Shown here: positions 1 through 14,316 of the stretch, one piece after another
How positions within the stretch are numbered: the stretch's first letter is position 1
How the letters are laid out: each line of letters opens with the position of its first letter
From: the human T2T-CHM13v2.0 reference genome, Homo sapiens
NCBI RefSeq assembly: GCF_009914755.1
Contig: NC_060931.1
Direction: 5' to 3' (one strand)
Length of the DNA stretch: 64,000 nucleotides
The notes under the pieces: generated by a model
What the model was told of the DNA's origin: nothing
The model's input: the letters and a program-made list of their open reading frames with translations, nothing else
The model's database searches: none
Program-made: the position numbers and the translations under genes

Positions 1-120
1 AAAAGCCACACTCACTGGTTGGTGTTTGCTATTTACTTACAGTGCCACTTATCATACAATTATCAGTTTACTTTTACAAAATATGTAGACTTTTTTTTTT
101 TTTTTTTTACTATCTAGAGT
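1..120 (-). other. PON3: PON3 3'UTR (short); candidate non-canonical polyA signals AGTAAA at 32-37 and 67-72
   Basis: Lies directly after the TAG stop (121-123). TTTACT on + reads AGTAAA on -. There is no AATAAA on the sense strand in 1-120. Confidence 0.7.
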
Positions 121-297
<177 letters not shown>

Positions 298-2509
298 TTA
301 TTAGTATATTATGTGAGTAAACACCTGTTTCATGATGTCCTTCCCAAACATTCTAGGATAAATCTATTTTTCAGAAATCAGAAGCTAAAATCTGTATATC
401 TTCAATAAATTGTTCTTCTTCTGATGAAAGTACTAATGTCATAGATATCTATGCACCAAAGTGAACTGGCTTTCTGACATTAGCCAAATTCCTCAGGGAT
501 GACTTACACAATTTTTTTAGTGCAGGCATCCCTTACAGAAGGAGTTAAGATGCTCTTATTTAGTTCTCAAGTGGATGGTGGTCCTCCCTCTGTGGGAAGA
601 ATCTTGCCTTTGAGATTACAGTATGGGGAGAGAAACAAGACAAAATAATGAAGAAACACCCAGTTATCCAGCCAACCCAACATGGTAACTGATGGGATGG
701 CAGTCATCACAGCTGGAGCCCCTTCACATCTGCAAAGTTGCTAGAAAGCATAAATAATGGATACTACTTTGGAATTTCATTTGACACATCACTGCCTAGT
801 ACTGTTATTGATCCCAGGATTAATACACTTAACTTTGCTAATCAGTGTATATTTAAGCACTCAGGCTTCCAAATAGGCTGGATGAAGTTCACTCAAACAA
901 AATAAAATAAAATTTTTATTTTGGAATTAAAGGAAAACAATTAGAAATTTATGAGTTACGAGTCTATATTGATATCTCTTATTAGAACAGAGTTTGTTCT
1001 TTTTTTTATCTTAAGGGAGATCCTTCATCTCAGGTTTGTTAGACAAAAATACTTAAGCTTTGATTTCATGTACAAAACATGAGATTCAACCAAAATTAAA
1101 GGGTGTCAGTAATTGTGACAAAAAGTCTTATCTAAAATTTTAAAAATAATTCAACTTGAAAATAGAGATACGAAAAAGATCCTAAACAATTCTCCAATAA
1201 TCCTATGTATCATATTTCATTTCCTTAAGACAGACATTGTGGTTGGGCTTTTAAAGGAAAGTTTTGTCTATCACTCTTAGGGGTACATATCTGAGGCAAG
1301 GATTGCTTCCTAGTTTAGGGTAACAATTCTGGTTCTAGGCTTAGGTTGGACTTTTGTTTCTTTTTACATTTCTTGTGTTCTTTTTAAGAAGCTGTGACTA
1401 ATACATTAATAAAAAAAGAAATAATCATATTTTTAACTGAAAGACAGCAATACTGGAAGTAGAAATAACTGTATGTCCTAATTTACCCACTAGGCCAATT
1501 ACTGGGTTTGAATTTGAATTTCAGTTTCTCAAATCACCAAATGTGGATTCACACATTTTAATTTTTTTCAAATTGTACTTTCTCAATGAGGCCTACTCTG
1601 ATCTCTGACTTTAGTAGTAGGACCTGCTCATCCTGCTGCATATAGTAATCCTGATCCCCTTTACTCTGCTGAGCCTTTTTTCCCATAAAATTTGCCATCT
1701 TCAAAGTTACTATGTAATTTACTTATTTCTTATGCTTATTGTTCATTGTTTGTCCCCCTTTCTTAAGATCAGGGATCTCTGTATATTTTTTCTGATATAT
1801 CCTAAACATAAGTACAATGTCTGACACATTACAGGTACTCAATAAATTTTTGTGAATAAATCTCTGAGTATGTGTGCCTAGAATTTATAGCTATATATAA
1901 ATTCACTAAAGATTTTTAAATTGTTAACCTTAATGCCATAGAAAATGCAGTTGTCTTATAATGTTGTTTTTAATGTAGAAAATTCAATGGATTATGCTAT
2001 TGTTTTAGAAGAGATATTTTAAAATAACACAAATGATATCTTGAAAATAAGACAATTTTCAACACCATCGTATATGTTAGAACTTACAGGCAAAAACTCA
2101 TTTTATTTTGAGGCGACAGTTATTTAAATCCTTTAATCTTAGCTTCATGTTGGACAGTGTGAAAGAAGATGGTACCATATACAACTCTCTCTTTGTCTAA
2201 CTGCAAGACCTACCTGCTCAGAGACTATCTCCTGATTGGAAATACGATATGGCAATCTGGGTCAATATGAATAATCGAGCTTATGTTTTTCCATTATTCC
2301 CAACAGCAAGAGTTATTGAAAAGTTAATGGTGGCCTAAAAGAGTTAACGAACCTTATCTCCCTACCTGTCAAAAACTTTACTTTTCTCATACGTAAAATT
2401 TCTTTAGTTCTATAACACCAAATGTGACTGGCTTAAATTCTTCCAAGTCACCCCAACAAATTTGTTCTTGCAGCTTTGCCTGTGAGCTCAGAGAGGTATA
2501 GGAACTTAC

Positions 2510-2638
2510 TTCTGATCCTGGAGGGTCCTCAGGGTTATAGTTCAGTAGCTTCATAGGATTAGGATGGCATCCTGCCAAAATGTCTCCTGTGGCAGGATCG
2601 ACAGTCAGGTTATCCACTAAGGTGCCCAACTGTATCAC
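2510..2638 (-). CDS. PON3: PON3 exon 8 ([43 protein letters not shown])
   Basis: 129 nt, AG at 2639-2640, GTAAGT donor; matches ORF 2387..2668. Confidence 0.97.
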
Positions 2639-2907
2639 CTTACAACAAAGAGGGAGTAGTGAAGACATTGTCTCAATGATTCCTCGCTTTCTTCCCTATT
2701 CATCCCCACAACCCCTACAGCTTCTTCTGGCACCTAAAGTTGGTGTTTTTAGGGGGCTTTGCTTCTGTATTTTAGAAACGCATGCATAATCTCACTGGCA
2801 TTGCTCTCAAATAGCCATGTTTTCCTCATTCAAGGGGCACATTCCTGGGTCAAGTATGGGACTAAGGTAAGAAGTCAGATTGTGTGGGCCAGACAGGGTA
2901 CTCTTAC

Positions 2908-2989
2908 CTTCAGTTGAGTTAAATCCCAGTTATCATGTTTTTCCATTATGTGAATGTTCTTAGCTGCTACATCAGCTACATAGACATAC
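2908..2989 (-). CDS. PON3: PON3 exon 7 (YVYVADVAAKNIHIMEKHDNWDLTQLK)
   Basis: 82 nt, AG at 2990-2991, GTAAGA donor. Confidence 0.96.
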
Positions 2990-4010
2990 CTTTGAAGTAA
3001 ATGACATTTACACTTAAGCAAGTGGTAATGAGAGACAACACTCACTTTTATTTTGGAGAAGAGGTATAAAAATGCACACTCCTTGAAAGTACCACTGCAA
3101 TCCTTTTCTAAACCACAGTAAAAGAAGATAATGGGGTAGTATTTTTAATATTCTTGAAGTGCTTTAAACAGGCTTTGAATATGAGTTATGACTATAATGA
3201 AACTGGTGTTTCTAGATGACATATATAGGCTCAATCTTATTACTTCGAAGTCACAACTTTTTCCTTAAATTGAATGAAGGTAAGTGGATCTCTTACAAGG
3301 CCAAAAGTGTATATACTTCTAAAAACTAGTGCTTGAAAAAAAGTATCAAATGACCATAAAGCTCAATCACAATATTTTAAAAGAGGAAGGACACTGAGAG
3401 GTGTTTTCTACAGGGATCATCTTTGCTCATTATCTCAAATATACATGTTAATATTCAAGGTACTTCTGTTTATAAAAAAACCTCCAATTTTTAAACACTT
3501 TTTAAAAGTGTTTTCTCATAAAATTTCATGCTGTTTAAAATAGGGTTTTCTCATTGAATGGTCTGCTGTTGTAAGTCAGTAGGTCTGAAACTTATACAAT
3601 CCCTATGCCCAATCTAAGGTAGCCTTCCCTCTCTCCTAAGAGCTTTTGTGTAACTGAACTTAGCATAAGTGGTCAAATACTTTGTACTTTCATAAGGGGC
3701 AGGGGTATTGCTCATTTATCTTCCTTTGTAGTGTGTTAGGAAAGTGTGTTTCAAGAGTTATGTAAAAATTTGGAATGAGGTCCTTATATCCTTAAGTCCA
3801 CATCCCTCCTTTAACTGGGAAGAACCTAAAGTCCAAGGAAACAAATGGATTGCTTAGGATGACAGATTTAGTGTGAACCCTGGCCACAACTGATCCCTCC
3901 ACACATATATTCACTACGTAAGCCTAAGTAAGGAAGTAACTTCCTCGTAAGGAAAGGAGTCCACGAAAATGTCAAGGGCAAAGGATAGAAAAATACACAA
4001 AAGAGCTTAC

Positions 4011-4211
4011 TTCTGGTCTGCTGAGACTGTGATCCCATTGGCACTACAAAATCCTTTGGCCACCACTTTAACCTCCCTTGGGCTGTAGAAAAGAACATAA
4101 GTCCAGCGAAGATCCAAGATCATCTCAAAAAATGACAGGAGGGAGTTGGTAAAATAGTGGTCTCTGGTGGCATAGAACTGTTCTGGTCCAAGAACCACAA
4201 TGTCATTCACA
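4011..4211 (-). CDS. PON3: PON3 exon 6 ([20 protein letters not shown]...[11 protein letters not shown])
   Basis: 201 nt, TAG acceptor, GTAAGC donor; matches ORF 4007..4210. Confidence 0.97.
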
Positions 4212-4539
4212 CTAAAGTGAAAGGGAGGTGGAAAAAGAGACCCATGAGGTATTTAAATATCCTTTATCCTTGTCAAAATCACTCATCTCTACATAGACTA
4301 ATACGTTCATCAATTTGAAAAAGGATACATGAACTAGTATGGATTAAGGAATTCCACAGAAAATCATGATTCTGCATTGCCCTGATGGGTTTTCTTTAGC
4401 CATTTGTTATTTTCTTACTCTTCTCTTTCACAGAAATCAGTGAAAAGAAATAAATTCACAAATAAATCTCAAACCCCAAAATCTGTTGACTTGTAAATGT
4501 TGATCATGGTTATCTGTGACAGTTGTAGTGCAGTTCACT

Positions 4540-4915
4540 GATAGCTATGGTTATCCTCCTTCAGGAATTACACTTCCCCATCCCCTTGCAGTTAGGCACA
4601 GCCATGTGACTTGCTTTGGCCAATGAAATGAAATGAAATGAGGTGAGTGGCTTGTGGATGGAAGATTTTAAGAACCACTGCTTGCTTCACCATGTTTCCC
4701 TCATGTTTCCACAGTAATGAGCAACTTTTATGATGATAGAGACTGTGGTCCTCCTAGGGCCCTTAATGAGGATAATATGAAACTGAGTCCCTAAATCACC
4801 TACACTGGATACATAGCATGCATGAAAAAACATAACAAACCTTGGCAGTTTTGAGCCACCAAGATGTTAGGGTTTTGCTGTCCTGTTATCATAGCATAAC
4901 CCAGTTCATCTGGAC
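4540..4915. mobile_element. Old MaLR (MLT1-type) solo LTR
   Basis: MLT1-like motifs 'ccatgtgacttgctttggccaatgaaatg' and 'gttatcatagcataaccc'; boundaries approximate. Confidence 0.6.
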
Positions 4916-5759
4916 CTTTATATTTTCTCTGAGTAGATGGAATTATGGGTGATATTCTTTCTTACGTTCTTCAATATCATTGACATTTTAAAATAGAGCA
5001 AGTCTTATTCTTACAATCCGTAAGAAAAATAAAGTCATTTTTATTTTTGAAAAGAAAAAAAAAGTGACTTGAAAAAATAATGCTTAAACATTTTTAGATT
5101 AAATTTTAGGGAGGAAAATTTGGGTGAATCAGGAAATACTTTGAAGTTTTGACATATAATGACTTTCCCAAGGTCACTCGGCTACTCACCTTTTGTATCT
5201 CAGCTTAAGCATTCTTTACTCCAAAAAGTATTGCCTGACATCATAAATTAGGTTAAACTGCCTCACAATTTGTTTCTGTAGCTCTCTGTTATGCCCCCTT
5301 GTAAGTGCTTATCAATGCCTGTGCCAGTGTACCCTCAGGCTCCTCTTTAGATCCTCATAGCCTCACCTACCTTGTTCCAGCTGCTGCTATTTCAACCAGT
5401 TCTGCACAGGTCTGATGTACTTCCCAGAGGGGCAGCCTAGCAGTGTCTCAGCTCATGCCTACTGTGGGCCTCTTGCCTCCCACTTCCAGATTTCATGTTG
5501 ACATTGAGTCATAGGATACCACAAAACTAGACTTGCACATGCACAACAACCAAGAATGTGGGAAAATGAAGGCCTCTTGAGGCAAACCTTTGACTAATAG
5601 GAGATGGGGCTGGTGGATAAACCCTTCTCCCTTTTTCTCCTTGACCAGATTGTCCTGAGATGCAGCTTACGCTGATTACTGGAGGATAAGTCCATGATTT
5701 CAAGCAGTCAGTTAGCAGCGGTTGGCTTAATGACGCCTTTGCTGTACCTCCCTCACTGC

Positions 5760-6225
5760 ATGTGTTTCCTAGGGCTGGCACAGCAAAGAACCACAAACTC
5801 AGTGGCTTAAACACCAGAAATGTATTGCCTCGCAGTTTTGGAGGCTAGGAATCCAAAACCGTGTTATTGGTAGGGCCATGTTATCTCTGAAGGTTCTAGG
5901 GAAGGATCCTTCCTTGCCTCTTCCAGCAAGGCATTCCAGTAGTCCCAGGCATTCCTTGGCTTGTAGATATATCACTCCAATGTCAGTATTCATCTTCACA
6001 TAGCATTCTCCCTGTATATCTGCCTGTCTTCTTGCAAGGACACCAGTTCTACTGCATTAAGGGTACTCTATTTCAGCATGATTTTATCTTTACTAATTAC
6101 ATCTGCAATGACTCAATTTCCAAAGTGTCGCCTTCTGAGGAAGTGGTGGTTGGGATTTTAACATATTTTTTGGCAGGGGGAGTGGGGTGGGGAGGGCAGG
6201 GGGACACAAAATTCAACCCATAACC
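5760..6225. mobile_element. MaLR MLT1 (MLT1B/C-like) solo LTR, apparently inside older LTR-like sequence (about 5330-6340)
   Basis: Typical MLT1 text from 'accacaaactcagtggcttaaacaccagaaatgtatt...ttttggaggctag' to 'gacacaaaattcaacccataac'. Confidence 0.75.
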
Positions 6226-6829
6226 TTCTCCCTTCCTTGCCTCACACTGGTTTCTCAAGTCTGCTTCCTGGGATTGTACTCCCTAATGAAGTGGCCAAAT
6301 ATCAGGTGTGCCCTCAGGCTGCACTTTCTGGGAGACTCTTCCTGTGAGATCCTATGCTAAAGCAGTTGATCCTCGCAATCCACTAGTTAGGTAAGTCAGG
6401 CAAATGAGAATCCCCATTATGCTCAAGAAATTGAGGCACCAATTAAGTGACTTGTCCACAGTTTCCCAGCAACCCTGTGGAAGTCCTGTTCTCCGCTATG
6501 GCCTCAGAACCCCATACGGTGCATTAGGAGCAGAGTTCAATAACTTCAACTTCTCTTACTTCTATGCTCTGCACTCGTTTCCCCCATATTCTGTGGGGAG
6601 AAATTAATACATGATGTTGAGAAAGAGAGCAAAGGAAAGAAGATGAACTTTCTTTTCTTTTCCTATTCTTCTATCCCATGAAACAATTTACTGTTTTGGA
6701 GCCAGTTTTTTAATGTTAAGCCCATTTGATAAAAGATGAATTCTTTATTGTTTGCTACAGCCTTTAAACAGGCAGCCTCTCCACTGAAAAGCCTGTTATT
6801 TTAATGAATGCAGTAAGAAAGATGTTCAT

Positions 6830-7045
6830 TGCAATTGAGAGCTCAGCTTTGAATTCAGATGGATCTGGGTTTATACCCTGTTTCTGCCACTTACAAATTG
6901 TGTAACTTGGGCAAGTTATCTAACCCAAACCTTCTCTAAGTCTTAGTTTACCCATGCCTATTATTAAAGGCTTTGTGAGAATTAAGTTAAATTAAGTATT
7001 CTGGCATAGTGCCTGGCACATAGTCAATGCTTAACAAATGTAATT
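6830..7045. mobile_element. MIR SINE fragment
   Basis: 'ctgccacttac...tgtgtaacttgggcaagttatctaacc...tgtgagaattaa...agtgcctggcacatagt'. Confidence 0.7.
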
Positions 7046-7509
7046 TTTATAAGTGCCCAAGGACTTTTAAAAAATTCTACTTTAAAGCTGTAATTAAACA
7101 AAGAAGTGGCTCATCTGGAGGTTGGTTATAACACCCAGTGGGTGAGGCTCACAGAACACAACCTACTAGGACAACCAAAAAAGGGTGTAGGTGTTTAAAC
7201 AGAGACCGATAGTAGGTATTGAGTTGCCGTGGTAAAGAGAATGGAATTAGAGCTGGGAATTTAATTGAGCACCTTTATAGGATTAAAATGCTTTCAAAAT
7301 GCTCGAAAATATAGGCATATTCAATACCTAACATGGCAATTTCTAGTGAGGCGCTGGGAAGAGTCACCATGGGAATCATTAGAAAGCTTTAGAAAAAAAT
7401 CAAAACAATTTCAAAACAAAAGTTTAAGAAAGCCTGCTGAACCAAAAAATACAAAGCACACAGCAGAGGTGCAAAGTAAATAGAACCGCACAATACTTTC
7501 ATTCCATAC

Positions 7510-7636
7510 CTTTTGAGAAGTTCATGTTTTATAGTTTTCAGGTATACCAGAGAACGTTGTTGTTCCTCAAATTTAAATATCTCCACAGTGGACTTCATGT
7601 GGGGATGATTCACAACATAAAGATACACAGTATTGT
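7510..7636 (-). CDS. PON3: PON3 exon 5 ([42 protein letters not shown])
   Basis: 127 nt, TAG acceptor at 7637-7638, GTATGG donor; matches ORF 7389..7682. Confidence 0.97.
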
Positions 7637-9612
7637 CTACATGGAAAAAAGGGATAATTTCCAAGAAAGTTACCCCTATCACAACTAATATTAGACTTGT
7701 TTTAAAACTTGGTCACTTCCAAAAGTTTTCTTCTTACATCTTGCATTTTACCCTCACAGTCTACATGATAGGTAAGTCAGACAAATGCCAGAATCCAGAT
7801 TTAGTTGAGGAAATTGAAGCTCAGGAGGCGAATGATCCATCAGCAATTTCATCACCACAAAGTGGCAGAGCCAAGATGTTTTGCCATAGTCACTTCACCC
7901 TTATATGCATAACCTGTCTAACAGGAGCCTACAGAACTATAATGATGCATAAACAGGGATGTGGTTTCCCCAGATGGCCCTTCAGCAAGAGAAGTGAGTG
8001 CAAGCAAACAAAACTTTGCTGAGATGTTGTGTGTGTACAATAATTATCTACATTGCAACAGAAGCTCAGTGAATGTCAGGGCAGTGTAAACACCTTAAAA
8101 TAAGCAACATTTCCCAGCTAGACAATGAATTTCTGACACAAGCCAACATAACAATATTTAGTGAGCTCAATGGACATGGCATGTAAATATGAATGCGAGA
8201 TAAAACAAACTAACTAATTCTAGGTAGTACCCACCTCAGAAATGTCACCTACCCATTTCAATTGGAATGTGAACTGCTGTGAACAAGATTGAGGGTAGTA
8301 ATTTGGCCTCTGAGAATGCTGTCTTCTGACTTATCAGGAGTTCTAGGTTTGATGAGCTCTGGAGTTTTAAAGGGTCTGGTCCCATCCTCCCACTGTAGGA
8401 CTTGATCTGTATTCATCTTCCCTATTCCTTTCCCAAATGTAGTTTTTAAGCACGTGATGGAACAAGCCCAAACCCTGAGATGCAAAATTCATAACCAGGA
8501 CCTCTGAAACACACTGGGCACTTTGATGCAAATTAAGGAAAGGTGCTTGCTCACAGAGGAAATCTTCCTTCTGGTCTGATCCAGCTCTGTTCCAAGGCTC
8601 AGGGCGTGGCAAACAGAACATGGGTTGGATTTCAGCCCCAACACGGACCTTCAGTCTTTTGCTAGACACAATAGTGAACAATCACTTGTGCTAGCCTGAT
8701 TTCATTTCTTCTAGTGCATCTACTGAATCCCTCTTTCCAAATAAGATATACTTAGTGAGAGTACTTTTCTTCTCCATCTCCTCATTCCATCTCTATTTCT
8801 ATATGTAATATTTTGGCCTTATGAATTAAATACATAATTAAGGGAGATGACAAACAAATAAGATAAGCTGTGAATCATAATATACTCAACTTATGGAAGC
8901 CTGATTATATGACTGTTATTGTATAAACATGTCCCATCTCAAAAACAAAAACAAAAACAAACAAAAAAAAAAAAAAGAAAGAAAAAAAGCCCCAAACCCA
9001 CCTCCACCTCTACCTCTAATATGATCCCATGCAATGAAATAGTTTCAGGTAAATCTAATCACTTATTATACCATCTCCAATGCAGAATCTTATGTCTTGT
9101 ACAGTGTGAGGCAAAACAGTTGCAGTTTTAAAATTATTTAAATAGAGTCCTAATCTCATTTTAGTAAAAGACACAGGATTAGAAGTGAGACCTCCTCTGT
9201 CTGAGTTCTGGATCAGCCATTTACTAATTGCAGAAGTGAAGTCACACTTCACTGCATTCCTCTAAACTTCATTGTATCCATCTATAAAGTTGAATATTAC
9301 TATGTGCTCTGCCTGTCCTATAGGGTTCGTTTATTTATTCATTTGATATGTGTTCATAGAGTACCTACTGTGCATCAGATACTGTTCTAGACTCTCAGAA
9401 TCCAGCAATGGACAAATCAATATGCTTTTATGGTGATTATATTTGAGAGAGGAAAACAAGGAGGAAAAATTATTAAATAAATTAAAACAAAGAATACTAG
9501 AGTGGGGAGACACGTTCTTCATAGAGTGTCATTCATTTGAAGAGTAACAGTTAAGTTTAGGAACTTGCTATAGAGCAAGAGCAGGAGAGGGAAAGAAAAT
9601 TCCTATCCTTTA

Positions 9613-9934
<322 letters not shown>

Positions 9935-9969
9935 TTAGTTACCACCGTAATGAATGATTTTAAAAAAGA

Positions 9970-10620
9970 GGTACATTGAGAAGAAATATAGAAAGGTACA
10001 CAAATTGGAACAAGATGGTGGGCAGGCTTCCCTGAGAAGATGATATTTAAGCTGAGTCTTCAATGATGACAAAGAGTGAGCCAGAAGTGGCAGACGGACA
10101 TTCCAGGCAGAGGGAACAGCAGATGTAAAGATCCTGAGGCATGAGACACTTCACTGAATGAAAAGAAATCCAGTATGGCTGGTCCAGAGAGTCTGGAGGA
10201 GAATGGTTTCCAGTGAAACTGGAGAGCATACAGGTGCCAGAAGGTACAGGGGAAGCACCCAGGAACCCAGGCCGTTCTGGAGATTTGGGGTTTATCCTCA
10301 GAGTGACAGAACAATATGAAAAATTTGATGAAAAGAGGGACATAATCAGATTTGCATAAAAAGAAATCCTTACTATGACAATGAATTGAGGTGGTATGAG
10401 AAGGAAGGTACAGTTGGGGGCCCATGCAGAATCAGGGAAGGCATGCTGGGGCCTTGAACTGCTGGTAGCAGTGAGGATGGGGAGAGATGGACAGATATTT
10501 CAGACTGGAGAGATATTGGAGAGATACATTAAACAAAACATTATAATGAGTTGATCAAAAGGGCCAGGGAGAGGAAGTGTCAAGGTTGGGCCCAGGATTT
10601 TATTTCGAGAAGTAAAGACA
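9970..10620. mobile_element. L2 LINE remnant
   Basis: L2-like text 'ggcttccctgagaagatgatatttaagctgag', 'attccaggcagagggaacagc', 'atcagatttgcat'; boundaries approximate. Confidence 0.65.
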
Positions 10621-10929
10621 CCATTATATATGAAAATAGTTTGTATACTATAAACCAATGAAAAATTGTTAGATTCAATTATCTTTTAAAGCAGAGCTTG
10701 CTAAGCAAATAAAAGTGTATATAAGATTTCATGGAATTCTAGCACTTCAATTTGGTCCTCCTTTCATGTGGTTACTGTTAGTGAAGTTTCCCTGTTCTTA
10801 ATTTTCTTCATGCTGTATAGACCCAAAAATATTTTAAAATTAAATGTTTGAAATTATGAACTGTGAACAAGTCAAAAATAATATTGGAAACTATTGTTTT
10901 TAAAGCATATATGGTATATTGATAACTTA

Positions 10930-11960
10930 TGTTTTTATAATATATTTTTGAGATATAATTCACACACCACTGAATTCAGACTTTTAAAATGTAAACTTCA
11001 GTGGGTTTTAGTATATTCACAGAATTGTGCAACCATAACCACTATTTAGTTCCAGAACATTTTCATCACCCAAAAAGAAATCACCTACTCATTAGCTGTC
11101 ATTCCTCCTTCCCCACTCCCCTGGCTCCTGCCAACAATTTTTCTGTCTGTGAATTCACCTATTCTGGACACTTCATATAAATGGAATCACATAATGTGTG
11201 GCTTTTAGTGACTAAATTCCTTCAGTTGGCATAATATTTACAAGCTTCATCCATATTATAGCATGCATGAGTAGTTCATTTCTTTTTATTGCCAAATAGT
11301 GTTCTATTGTATAAATACCTATCACATTTTGTTTATGAATGCATCAGTTGATAGACATTTGGGTTATTTCCACCTTTTGTATTAGGAGTAATGCTGCTAT
11401 GAACATTTGTATATGGGTTTTTGCATGGATAGGTTTTCAATTCTCTTGAGCATACACCAAGGTGCAGAGTTGCTGGATTGTGTGGTAACTCTATGTTTAA
11501 CATGTTGAGGAAATGCAAAACTCCTTCCCAAAGTGGTTACATTATTTCACAATCCCACTGGCAAAGTATGAGGGTTCCAATTTTTCTACATCCTTGCCAA
11601 CATTTGTTATTGTCTGTCTTTTTAATTATCACCATCCTAGTGGGTGTGAAATGGTATCTCATTCTGGTTTTGATTTGTAGTTTCCTAATGTCTAAGGATG
11701 ATAAACATCTTTCATGTGCTTACAGGCCTTTGTGTATCTTAGGAGAAATGTCTATCTAGGTAGATACTTTGTCCATTTTTAAATTACATTATTTGTGTTT
11801 TGTTAAGTTGTAAGAATTATTTATATTGTCTGAATACAAGTCTCTCATCTAATATATGATTTACAAATACTATCTCTCATTCTTTGGGTTGTTTTTCACT
11901 TTCTTGATGGTGTCTTTTGAAGCACAAAAGCTTTTAACTTTGATGAGTCTAATTTGTTTT
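10930..11960 (-). mobile_element. Old L1M (L1MB/MC-like) 3' fragment
   Basis: Antisense L1 ORF2 C-terminus and 3'UTR; ORF 11333..11518 (LNIELPHNPA...LGVCSRELKT) is an ORF2 C-terminal remnant. Confidence 0.85.
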
Positions 11961-12195
11961 TTTCCCCCTTATGTTATGTTTTTTAACGTCTCACAGTTGT
12001 CTTTAGTGACAACTAAACTAAAGGGCCTTTAGTTTACATGTTAGATTTCTGAGAACAGTATTCAAACAGGTTGTGACAGTCAAACAAGAAGACAAGTGGA
12101 TAGAAGGAAGAGGAGGAGGCCACATAGGGCCAAAAATACTAGTGTTCCTTCTTTAATGCAATGTTTACAAGGTTTTATACCTATTTATCATTTTA

Positions 12196-12489
<294 letters not shown>

Positions 12490-13967
12490 TTAAAAATAAA
12501 GAACAAGTGTGCACACATATACATATCAAAACAATATTTTCATAAGGAATTTAAAATCTCAAAGCCAAATAAAAATGTTCAAAGTTCTAAATTTCATTTA
12601 GATTACTGGGCTTTTTCACTCTGTCAGCTGTTTCCATGATCTGATCTGGGGTGTTACTGATGTCATCTAAACATTGGCTATGAACACAGAAAGAACCATA
12701 TTCAAGATAAGGAAGAGTTTTTAATTTAGAGAAAAGGAGTTAAGCCAAAAAAATATAACAGAAGAGACTAGGCTGTTACTTTGTGTGAATCCCTTCACAT
12801 GCCCGTACCTCACATTCCTCATCTATAAAATGAAGAAGTTCAAATACATGATTATAAGATTATTTCCGGTCCTGGTATTCTATAACTAACCTTCCTCAAA
12901 GCAGAGAGAAGGGGTGTATAGTTTAATTGTATTGTTCCCATTCCTACATCGATTATATCATGTAGTGGCAAACAGTATAGCTGGCTAAGAATTAACATAA
13001 GGATACCAGTCTTATATAGTTGACTATTTTTGACCTATTTTGTTCCTATAGGTATGTCTGAAAATTCTGACATGAATGCTTTACTCAAACATCACAAAAA
13101 GTTTATTCCAGTAACTTGGACAGTGGTCCTTTCTACTATTAGGATCAGGTAGCTATTAATCAACAATAGGCATCCTGAATGCATGAAGCCTTTGCTGCAT
13201 CTGAGTCCACTGTGACAAACCTTGGGGTTGGTTTATTCTACACCAGTTACAAAACAGTCCACTTCCTCTCCATGTCCCCTATCTATCACTGGATATATAT
13301 CAATATCAATAACTTTATATCTTCTCTGCTACCTTTATCTTCTTTTACAGTCTATTGCAATTCTCTCTTTCCTATTTCACCTTGTCTTTCTGCCTCTTTC
13401 CCTCTCCCTGTCCTTTCTACACACACGTACACATACACTTATGATACTATTACTGGCTCTTCCACTGCTCCCTCTTGAGGTAGTCAATCTTTTCTGAACA
13501 ACCCCAGCTATATCTTCAAACTTTTTTTAGAACAGTCCTTCTATGCCCAATTCGTATGTCCCAATGTTGTCTGAGGGAAACCTGGCTTTTCCCAGACAAC
13601 ACCGGCACTACTGAAGCTCATCAGAGGAGGCACTGTTCCCTCTTTATTCTCCTTAAGTCAGCACATCTGGAGAAGGGATTGGCATGTCCCTAGCCACAAA
13701 CTTCTGCTTCCAGACCATAATCCTGTCGTCATCAATAGCTACACCCTTTGCTTCCTTATCACATTCTGTGCGAACTCCCTTTGCCTTGGTCTAGCTCTTA
13801 TATAGGGCAAGTCTAAAATCAGATTGAAAAACTCCACTACAAAGTCACTATCCCAACTTCAGCCAGACATTTAGTACTGTTTATTGATTTTTTTGGCTCA
13901 TTATGATAGGCAATCTATTGGATTTCCTCATGTCTCACTTCTAAATTTATTTCATTATCTTCTAGAG

Positions 13968-14316
13968 TAGGGGTCCCCAACCCCTGTGCCACAGACTGGT
14001 ACCTGTCCGTAGCCTGTAAGGAGCTGGGCCTTACAAGGAACAACAGGAGGTGAGCTGCAGGTGAGTGAGCATTACCGCCTGAGCTCCACCTTCTGTAAGA
14101 TCAGCAGTGGCATTAAATTCTCATAGGAGTGCAAACCCTATTGTGAACTGAGCCTGCAAGGGATCTAGGTTGGATGCTCCTTATGAGAATCTAATGCCTG
14201 ATGATCTGAGGTAGAACAGTTTTATCTTGACCATTCCCCACTCCCCCTCCATGATCTGTGGAAAAAATTGTCTTCCACGAAACTGGTCCCTGGTGCCCAA
14301 AATGCTGGGACCACTG
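13968..14316. mobile_element. hAT-Charlie MITE (MER1B-like)
   Basis: Terminal inverted repeats TAGGGGTCCCCAACC...GCTGGGACCACTG, flanked by a perfect 8-bp TSD TTCTAGAG (13960-13967 and 14317-14324). Confidence 0.9.

Noticed and set aside
2580-2789. Plus-strand ORFs overlapping PON exons (also 145, 12269, 51746, 52432)
   Set aside because: They are antisense shadows of real coding exons with no independent support.
6175-6205. G-quadruplex-like runs, also at about 25351 and 29086
   Set aside because: They lie in an LTR and in standard L1 3'UTR G-rich tracts, which are common genome-wide.
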